DNA of 64,000 nucleotides, taken from positions 16,306,001 to 16,370,000 of the forward strand of contig OZ059899.1 in the NCBI GenBank assembly GCA_964057225.1. The letters are read 5' to 3'. Positions 54,317 to 64,000 of this stretch are shown in pieces (the stretch's first letter is position 1; each line of letters starts with the position of its first letter). The notes below the pieces were generated by a model. That model made no database searches. It had not been told where the DNA came from and worked only from the letters and a program-made list of their open reading frames with translations. The DNA is from Auanema rhodensis (Eukaryota; Animalia; Nematoda). The position numbers and the translations under genes were made by a program.

Positions 54317-55640
54317 CAATAAGTAGAGCTACATGATGATCAGCAAACTCGTACGAATATGCTTGTTGTCGAGCAGAGATAACTGCATCATCATCCAATG
54401 GTTCCGTTGGAAATTTGTGTTCTTTACGGATGATTGTCGTTCGACGTTGTTCTTCAGTTATCCGGTATTGCTCTAATAGAGATCGTTCAGCCGATTCTAC
54501 TTCACGTTGTCGTCTAAATGGTTTACATACGATCAATCAAACGAATGAATCAATTTGCATAATTTAAAAAAACAACTACTTACGCTATGTCATAAACCTT
54601 ATGAACAGAAGGTTGACTATGATATTGATTGTGTCTATCTGATTGAGCCTTGGAATCTCTTCTGCAACATAATTATATTTCAAATACAACCATACTTAAT
54701 CTTTGGCGTTACAAAATGGTATTTAGTTTGCTCACGTATTCACGTGCACACGTGTGAATTTTCACGTAATTGTTTATACACGCAAATGTTTAAAAAAATA
54801 AGTTCATATATGTATATACATACTTAAGTTTAAATATTATAATCAATAATATTAATTAAAATAATGAAATAATTAGTTAAAAATTATAATATTTAATGTA
54901 CTAAGTATTTATGAACTTTTTGTAAACTTACGGTAGAGTTGATGTAGCAGATGTTGCTTGTTGATTAAAATTCTCTAAGTTGTCATATAACTGGATCTTT
55001 TTTGGGCCACTCGTTCGGTCTTCATATACAGATTGTGAAAATGAAGGAATTCCTCTATTTATGCTGACTTCATTGCCTCGAGGAACTTCGGAAACACAAC
55101 GGGAACGAACATATCGTTCATGTCGATGTTCAAGCCTATAAGAGAAATAGTTGAAATATTATACTATTTTTCACATAATATTCTTTTTTTTTCAAATTAT
55201 ACTTCAGGTTAATTGCGTTTTTATATAATTTTTTAAAATGCACGAAACGTCAGCTTTGACAATAAATGTGTCTGGATTGGTCAAACGTGTAGTACTTCTA
55301 ACAGCTGTTACGTTGAGCCAATCACACAAAACAATTTCAGATTAGATTGGACTGAAACCGAAGCTTTTTTTAAGTTTATGTGAAATATTTTGGATTAATT
55401 TTTGATCTGAATGTATCTTTATTCATTCTGTACTGAATAGGTATGTATATGACTCAATTGAATAGCTACAAAACGTTTTAAGAAAAAAAACTCTAATAGA
55501 ATAGAACTGAAAAGGAAAAAGAAAAAATATTGAAGTAGAATGAGGATGGAATGATGAAAATAAATTAAATTTTACCACAATTTGGGAAATTTAGAAATGA
55601 CTCACCTATCTCCTCGAGGGGCACAACATTTAGCACCCAT
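54317..55640 (-). CDS. vab-10: vab-10 alternative 5' exons (55640-55606, 55135-54932, 54661-54584, 54513-54317) starting MGAKCC
   Basis: All junctions are GT-AG and in frame (phases 2,2,2,1), ending VALLI-D-ERD into the CH1 exon. Confidence 0.75.
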
Positions 55641-56567
55641 TCAGAGTTATTTTAGGGATATAATACTAATTTAATATTATTTTTTCTTAAAACAATAAGA
55701 AAAATGACATATAAATAGAAGTATGATATGGTCTGTTGATAGAGACTTCTTAAATCTGAAAACGAAAAAGGACCAGCTGGCTCTGAGAGAAAGAAATGAA
55801 CTATAAGATAGGAAAACTATGAAATGCTGCAGAATGTGGAAAATGAGAGATAAATGAGAGTGATGATAGGATGAAGAAAATAAAGATGAAAAAAAAAGAG
55901 AATGAAAGAAAAAAAAGACAGAAGTCAGTGTTGAGATTAACAAAAATAATTACGTTAAAATTGACTAGGCTAGGTATTTATGTGATAAAAAATCAGAAAT
56001 TAATAATAAGAAAGCAATATTTCAACAAAATTATGTAAAAATGGAAGAATAATATGAGAATAGAAGTTTGTATGTCCAGTTATTGAGAACGGCTATTACC
56101 ACATTTATAGATTGGCGCCAATCAGTATCTCAAAATAGCCGCTGCACATATAACCGCCAATACGATAAAATAAAATTTTTTTTCAATTCTTATCGAAGTT
56201 TATTGGAATAAGATATAATACAGATATTCATCTATGATTTTGCATTGCTTAGAAGACAACGAGGCATCAAGAGTGTATGATGAGATTGGAAATAGTACAT
56301 AGTGATGATTCATATGATTGCCTCGTATTCAATTTGTTCTCCATAAATTATGAACCATAAACAAGCTTAACTGCTCTATCTGAGCAATATCAGAGTATGG
56401 ATAAAGACAAATAGAAAGAAATAATCATTCTATTTCTCATATTATCAGGTCCTATCATCCTAACTTTATTTTAAATTTTATTTTATATTAAAAAGATTTT
56501 ATGTTCGGAATTTGATAAAACAGGAAGCTATATTTTTAATTGAAGATAAAAACGTAAAAGAACACAC

Positions 56568-56968
56568 CTTCGATGTCGTCGATATGAAGTATATATTCCT
56601 TTATCAGTACAGGCCGGAAATACGGTCTGTCTTCTGGGCAGCGTGTAGGATTGTTGTGTTGATATCGCACGGGCGTCTTTTATGGCTCGATCATGCGAAC
56701 TCGCACTACCCTCTAGTCGTCGAGATTCACTTATCACAACTTCTGGCAAACTTCTTGAAGTAGACTGAGCTATTCGCGCTCCTGGTCTTTCGCGGTTGTA
56801 TTCCTTAGAATCTCTCTGATATCTTAATATGGTAGGCTGACCACCCGCCTTTGGCTGTTCATAACAAGTAGATGCTCCTTGATGTTGGTTAGAAAATTTT
56901 TGTTTTTCATTACTCCAATATTCCAGTTGTAAGCTAGAGAATTCAAAACGTTTACGGCTTATAGACAT
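56568..56968 (-). CDS. vab-10: vab-10 distal alternative first coding exon (MSISRKRF...)
   Basis: 401-bp open stretch. Donor AG|gtgtgt is phase 2, matching the acceptor at 55135. Confidence 0.55.
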
Positions 56969-59103
56969 TCTATGTTCTTCCAGGTTTCACCAATCTAATT
57001 CATCTGCAACTTAACTTATAAAAAAAATATATTGATGAAAACGACAATCGAAAAAAGCATCTATATATGTAGTTAAGGTAAAATATTGAGGATGAAATAC
57101 TAAAATAGAGAACATTTGGAGTGAAGCAGCCATATTCTCCTAGAGATTCTGGTTGCATCAAATATAGTTCTCTCTTTTTCCTTCACTAATCCTTGCCGAA
57201 ATCCGTACGCATGAATGACAACAAAAAGCCGTCATTTATGTACATATAAGCGTCACTGTGTAGGAAGATGATATTCATTCAAGACTGTATGATGATTCTT
57301 AGTTGGCTTGGCAATATATGAGCAGATTGAAATCAGACGGAATTAAAAGGCAATATTCAAATATGATTGAACATAAAGACACAATTTGGGAATTTTCACT
57401 AGCTATCTAGAAAAAGAAATATATCAAAACTGTACTGCTAACAATATAGAACTACACCACGACTGGAAAATTGAAAATTGCAAGCCGACACAACGGATTT
57501 CAATAGTGAATAGCGGCAAGAGTTTCATTGTCTACAAGCTATTTCCATGACACATGGAAATTTAAATGGATATTAAACAGTGTAAAAGTAATATATGAAC
57601 TGGTGAAATAAACTATAAATCTTTCAAAGATTAATTAACAAGCTTAATCTCAGAAATCATATCAATATTCTTATTTTAAAACATATTGATTGAAATAGTC
57701 TATTAAATAGAAATAGAAGTAACCAAAATACAACCGCATACTATATAATGTTTCAAAAAAATGGTTCTGTACGTCACATTATTCTACAATGCTTTTAGAG
57801 ACCTTTTGAGTGAGTTAGCTAATATTGGAAAAAGATGAAGATGAAGTTTAAAAAGAAATTTGAATCTATTCTATGAAAGACTAATTTGCATATACATAGT
57901 TGACATATACTGAGAGGGAAGGAGGATAATTAGAGATGGACCGGTTACCAAAAGCGAAATCATACCTATAACGCATCTCTTGTTTACGTAAAGATCTAGT
58001 CTGGAAAAAAGTTAGTCAGTTGTAAAAAAAGGTTGAGAAACAGACAAGAGATGATGTGATTAGAAAGAATATAAAATACCTGAAACATACAATATTCAAA
58101 AGATCTATTCTGATATAAGTATGAGTCATACAAAGTTGTCAAATCATATTTGTGTTGCATACATTATATCAAATGGACAAAGTTCTGGAGTAAAATTTTG
58201 TGCTATTGTTCCCGAAAAAAAAACAATTTCAAAAGAGTAGGTTGAGAGTTCTTTAGTATTCACATTTTACAGAAAAGCTGGGGAGATACTTCATAGTTAC
58301 TCACATTTGTTTAGAAAAAAATTCAAGTACAGTATGACTTTGAAGTTACTCAATACAATGTTTCTGAAAAATACTTAGAAAAGAATAGATTTGTATTAGT
58401 TCGAAAATAGTTGAAGTATGGAGTTAAAAATTATTGGGGCACGTGCACACGAAGCGGTTTGCGATTAGATAGGTTCTAACATTCATCCATCAATATCGAA
58501 AAAGCAAGAAACAGCTAGTAGACAACAGTAAAAGCAGAACTTTGAGAGGATTAGTTGGACCCATATATGGTAGTTACAGACTGAATACTTCACATAGGTT
58601 GTGAAAGGGCTACAATTGACGAGGAAAATGAACAGCAGACCGATAACTGGTCTCCAGTGGCCAGCCTCGGTCAGTTCATGTCGATCTCTTTCCTATCCCT
58701 CTCTCGTACTTTCATAAAATGAACTACTTTGGTTACGAAAATCAAGCGGTAGTGTTTAAAATAAATTCGGAAAAATCCTTCCTTTCGACTTTTGATGTCT
58801 TCATATACATTGCAGCGGGATAACTTTGTTCTCTTGACGCTTTCCCGCTTAATCCGAAAACCATAAGTTTCTTCCGGAAACGAGAAGAAAAGACTCCGAA
58901 GAATTCATTTGAACGAGAGACCGGAATAGATAAGCTACCCGTAACCCCAAATCAGAACCCGTTTTGATATTTCTATTTCTTTGTATATGGTATTTAGATT
59001 GTATTGCACAGTAGGTTTAGGTGTACGATGGTTTATGAACAGTACAACAAATAAGTACCCTTAGGGTACGAGTAAAAAAACAACAATCCGCTCAAAAACA
59101 CGT

Positions 59104-60716
59104 TTACTTCTTCTTGGGGGCAGCCTTGGCAGCGGACTTGGTGACCTTTCCTTGTCCTCCAGCAGTCTTGTCGACAGACTTGATGACTCCGACAGCGACA
59201 GTTTGTCTCATATCACGAACGGCGAAACGTCCAAGAGGAGCGTAGTCAGTGAAGGATTCGACGCACATTGGCTTGGTGGGGTGGAGCTCAACGATACCGG
59301 CATCTCCGGACTTGAGGAACTTTGGGTTGTCTTCAACCTTCTTTCCGGAACGACGGTCGACCTTTAATATATCTCGTTAAGCTTCATATTAAAATTTAAA
59401 TATTAACCTTCTCCTTAAGTTCGGAGAACTTGCAGGCGATGTGGGCGGTGTGGCAATCGAGAACTGGGGTGTATCCAGCGGCGATTTGTCCGGGGTGGTT
59501 CATGATGATGACTTGAGCGTTGAAGCTACGAGCCTCCTGGGCTGGGTCGTTCTTGGAGTCAGAGCAGACAGATCCACGACGGATATCCTTGACGGAAACG
59601 TTCTTTACGTTGAAACCAACATTGTCTCCTGGGACGGCCTCTGGGAGAGACTCGTGGTGCATTTCGACGGACTTGACCTGAAAGAAAAAAATAGAAACTT
59701 TAAAAATTCTAAAAAATCTTACTTCAGTGGTGACGTTTTGTGGGGCGAAAGTGACGACCATTCCTGGCTTGATGACTCCAGTCTCAACACGTCCGACTGG
59801 GACAGTTCCGATACCTCCAATCTTGTATACGTCTTGGAGTGGGAGACGGAGAGCCTTGTCAGTTGGGCGAGATGGAGGGATGATGGCGTCAAGAGCCTCA
59901 AGGAGGGTCTTTCCGGAAGCATTTCCTTCCTTGCGTTCAACGGACCATCCCTTGAACCATGGCATGTTGGTGGAAACCTCGAGCATGTTATCTCCGTTGA
60001 ATCCAGAGATTGGGACGAAGGCAACGGTCTGAATTACAGCATAAGCTAAATATTTCTTTTTAGTAAACTTACAGCTGGGTTGTATCCGATCTTCTTGATG
60101 AAGGAAGAAACCTCATTGGTGATTTCAGTGTAACGGGCCTCAGAGAATGGTGGCTCGGTGGAGTCCATCTTGTTGCAAGCAACGATGAGCTGCTTTACTC
60201 CAAGGGTTTGGGCAAGAAGAGCGTGTTCACGGGTTTGTCCGTTCTTGGAGATACCGGCTTCGAATTCTCCAGTACCGCAAGCAACGACGAGAACAGCGCA
60301 ATCAGCTTGGGAAGTTCCTGAACAAACACAGTAAGGAAGCTAAAATTAAACTTGTCGTACCAGTGATCATGTTCTTGATGAAATCACGATGTCCTGGGGC
60401 ATCAATGATAGTGACGTAGTACTTGGCAGTCTCGAACTTCCAGAGAGCAATATCAATAGTGATACCACGTTCACGCTCAGCCTTCAGCTTGTCGAGTACC
60501 CAAGCATACTTGAAGGAACCCTTACCCATCTACAAAAAAATTTTGTTGCCATGAACTCTTATGAAAGCTTACTTCTTGAGCTTCCTTCTCGAACTTCTCG
60601 ATGGTTCTCTTGTCAATACCTCCACATTTGTAGATGAGATGTCCGGTAGTGGTAGATTTTCCGGAGTCGACATGTCCGATGACGACAATATTGATATGGA
60701 CCTTTTCCTTTCCCAT
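59104..60716 (-). CDS. eef-1A: Translation elongation factor 1-alpha (multi-exon)
   Basis: [65 protein letters not shown]; ends AAPKKK*. Confidence 0.99.
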
Positions 60717-60959
60717 GATAAAGAGCGAGAAGAGTAGTTACCTTCAATGCAGATAATTAAAAAAGAAGAGTTGAAAAGAAAACAAACACAAACAAGAACA
60801 ATTAAAAGATTAGACATGATTTATAAATTAAAGACTAAATCATACAGAGCAAAGACATGTTACGGAATGTAGAATAAAAAACCCAATGAGGTAAGAGCCG
60901 TGTTGGCACACTGTTCAGCAGCCCACCGTGGAGAGAACTACACAACACACAAAAAGGTC

Positions 60960-61110
60960 TGCTAAGCAGCCAGTAATACGTGCGCATCAACTTCGCGCCG
61001 CGAAATTGCGAAATTTTAAAATTCTTTTACGTTCATGTTATTTTCGTTGGGTTTTAAAAAGTTGACGCTCCAATGATAATTTTAGATCAGCACTGTTGTA
61101 TCTTTTTAAT
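60960..61110. promoter_or_regulatory. Divergent promoter region shared by eef-1A and TMEM256
   Basis: The genes are head-to-head with ~400 bp between ATGs. Contains E2F-like ttcgcgccgcgaaa and cgctccaatg elements. Confidence 0.45.
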
Positions 61111-61115
61111 TCTAG

Positions 61116-61669
61116 ATGCATTTGGACATGTTGAATAGCCTTTTAAACTATTTGCCTAATCTTTTAAAATCACAACAGGGCCAATCTGTTCTTGTTCGCC
61201 CTGTTGGCAAAATGGCAACTTCACCATTTATACGCCTTGCGGGCATTTCTGGAGCTGTAGCCGTTGGATTAGGCGCTTATGGATCACATGGTACGTGTAA
61301 CCGGGTTGCCAAATTACATATGAAGAATTTCTTCACAAAAAATTCATAATTGATTTTAGTTGTGTTGAATTCTAATGAAATTCCAAAGCCAAGAAAACGT
61401 TCTTTCAAAACAGCCTCAAAGTATCATTTGGTTCATACATTAGCGTTAATGGCTACACCTTATGCTAAATACAGTAAATTGAGTGCAGCTCTATTAATTG
61501 GTTAGTAATTGGTTCAAGTGATTGTTACAAAAAATACATTTAAGGAGGAGTTCTTCTCTTTTGCGGACCGTGCTATCATTTCAGCATTACCGGAAATGAG
61601 AAATTTAAATTTATTACTCCATATGGTGGAGTTTTGTTAATTGCAGCTTGGTTATCATTTGCTTTATAG
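61116..61669 (+). CDS. TMEM256: TMEM256 / DUF423 family membrane protein (3 exons)
   Basis: RLAGISGAVAVGLGAYGSH...FKTASKYHLVHTLAL...GGVLLFCGPCYH...TPYGGVLLIAAW. Confidence 0.9.
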
Positions 61670-61753
61670 ATTTCATAATCATTCTTTTCGTTCTACTTAA
61701 AATAAATATTATTTTTATTATTATGTACAAAATCTGATTTCTATTATTGCGAA

Positions 61754-62736
61754 TCAATCATGTTCGTCTGAACTCGATGCATATTCATTGGCTTCCTCCA
61801 TATTTTTGGTGTCAACCTTCATCCGGCGTGAAATTAATGAAGCTACATCAGCATCCTAAATAATATCAAAATGTAATTAAGCTCTTTCAAAGTCATATTA
61901 GACACCTTTGCTACATCCAATGGTAACTTCCCATCTTGATTGCGAATCCAAACATTGGCTTCCTTCGACAATAATAGATCAACACATGTTTTATGACCTC
62001 TCCAAGACGCCGCATGGAGAGGAGTATCCCCCATTTTATTCTGCAAATCACAATTTATATATTTGAAAGATATTGATTTTTCTCATAAACACTGCGAAGG
62101 AAATATCGATTAATTATATTATGTTATTTAAAAGATATTTTGAGTTAAGTGTACAGTTACTTTCGCAGTTTCCATCACTAACTTGTGAAGATATTGAAAT
62201 ATGTGAACTCTGCAACAAGAATGAGACTATGGTTTCATGTCCTCCATGACAAGCCCAATATAAAGCTGTTGAACCAGACTTGTCCAAACTGTTTACGGAG
62301 ACCTTGAATTGGCTAATTGATTATTATTGCTTTTCAATTACACAACCTCATTGGCTAAACACTCTTTCAAAAATTCTAGGTTACCCCTTTTTGCCGCGTC
62401 GTGTAAGGGATTAGGTAATTCTTCCACATTTTCACTTACAACTTGAATATTTCATAATTAGATTACAAATATAAAAATAAACTCTCACCATAATTTGCTG
62501 GCACTAAACCTTTTTTCCCTCCACAAGATGCTGGTAACCAATCATCGTTTGGTCCTTTATCACTTACATAAAGTAGGTCTCCCTCCGAAAATGACATTTC
62601 TTGGCTCTTAAATATGCTTTGGTAATTTTGCAGTTCAAAAAAATCTTACAGATCGGGCAGTATAATCATATAAAGCTCTATATACTTTAACTCTACCAGG
62701 TTTGGGAGCTGGTCGGGGCGGTGCTGGTGCAGCCAT
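61754..62736 (-). CDS. OSTF1: Osteoclast-stimulating factor 1 homologue (Pro-rich, SH3, ankyrin repeats)
   Basis: [25 protein letters not shown]...GLVPANY...[12 protein letters not shown]...[11 protein letters not shown]...[13 protein letters not shown], acidic tail, TGA at 61756-61754. Confidence 0.92.
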
Positions 62737-63046
62737 TTAGCCGTTTTATCTACAAAATTCAAGCAAAAGTTTAACAATTATATTTATAATAAAAAGGCTC
62801 GTGTTTATCGAGCGAGAAGAGCAGGTGTAAGATTGGATGGTGTGATGACCGTCAGAACGATCAGCGAGCGCACCTTGTTTGGCTATGACGCCGCGTGAGG
62901 GTGTACATGTAACGGTCCATAAACACAGCTCAAATAATTGCAAAATGAACAAAAAAAACTTTATTCTTTTCTTCTTGTTTTTTTCGTGTTTCATGTACTT
63001 TAGAAAGTTCAACTGCTAATCATAATATTTCCAGAAAATGTAAATA

Positions 63047-63592
63047 ATGGTAATCGATGAAGTGGACGAATTTTTGGATCAATCGCTAAATATACTAGAA
63101 GAATACGAACAAGGACATGACGTAAACAATTTTTTTCATACTTACTAAATTATTCTAAAATTTAGGTTAGACAGAAAATAAAAGATTTGACCTTGCCAAC
63201 ACAATTAGACGAGGATATAATGGAAGTGTATCGGGTTGTCCAAGTATGAGTCACAAATGTTTAATTTTGTTATCAGCCTTATTACATTATAGGCTACTTG
63301 TGCTTGGCCCAGGCCGCGAGCATATAATTCTAATAATAATGCTATGGACAAGCCTAGATCTCGCTCACTACCAATAAGAATACCTCGATTAGATATGGAT
63401 AAACTTGATGATAATTATGATATGAGTATCGAGCAAAACAAGGAATGTCCCATCCATTGTTGTCATATATCAACTAAACCACAGGCATATGTTACTCCTG
63501 CTGATTTTATTTATTTATCCATTTTTATGATTTTTATCTCAGTATTATTTTTCCTTGTTTATCCACCACATCGATACTCTCAGCCATATTAG
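63047..63592 (+). CDS. Small (150 aa) tail-anchored protein with a KASH-like C-terminus
   Basis: Exons 63047-63121, 63166-63243 and 63293-63592, all phase 0. C-terminal TM FIYLSIFMIFISVLFFLV is followed by YPPHRYSQPY*. Confidence 0.7.
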
Positions 63593-64000
63593 TCGACATA
63601 TAAAATATTTAAGGATACCTAGTTCATTCCAAATAAATCAACAAAAACGATTTTATACGCTTTAAAGTTTTAAGGCGAAGAAACTAGAACAGTATAAATA
63701 GTTTACCCACAAAAACATTCATTATATAATATATGAATTAAATCATCAAAACCTGACTGAGGTAAGTAGATTTAACGTGATAAAACAATATAAACAACAA
63801 ACACGTTAAGGCCTAACTTATGTCATTATTCTTCATCTATTATAATCAACTCAGGCGATCCTGTATTCTAAAAGATCAATATTTTTGATAATACTACATA
63901 TTTTTTCTTATTACCTCTCTCTTTTTTTGTGAAAGGGAAGAAGACAAAACGACACCAGAGGAAGTCCTAGATCGCTTGCTTTTGTTAGGATTGTTAATCT

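Noticed and set aside
59152-60637. Plus-strand ORFs up to 202 aa
   Set aside because: They are antisense shadows of highly biased eef-1A codons.
62842-62931. Box C (GTGATGA) suggesting a plus-strand C/D snoRNA
   Set aside because: No downstream CTGA box D at a suitable distance.
1-64000. CRISPR arrays, tRNA or rRNA genes, prokaryotic systems
   Set aside because: The DNA is intron-rich and eukaryotic, and none was recognised by eye. A tRNAscan/Rfam run would be needed to exclude small RNAs formally.

Overview
AT-rich eukaryotic DNA from a nematode, probably a rhabditid. It has many ~45-60 bp GT-AG introns and TTTCAG/TTTTAG acceptors. From left to right: (1) a ~200-bp tandem repeat array cut by the window edge; (2) four minus-strand paralogous double-C2H2 zinc-finger genes. 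Their finger spacing, C-terminal C[FY]P segment and N-terminal S-T-P motif resemble the HIM-8/ZIM meiotic pairing-centre proteins. An apparently identical 2153-bp duplication within this cluster creates a chimeric paralogue; (3) tax-2 (CNG channel beta subunit); (4) a ~42-kb vab-10 spectraplakin locus with A (plectin-repeat) and B (spectrin/EF-hand/GAS2) 3' ends and at least five phase-compatible alternative 5' starts, including a signal-peptide/transmembrane start and an MGAKCC lipidation start; (5) eef-1A, TMEM256, OSTF1 and a small tail-anchored, KASH-like gene. All gene models were spliced by hand. Family assignments come from recalled motifs, not database searches.
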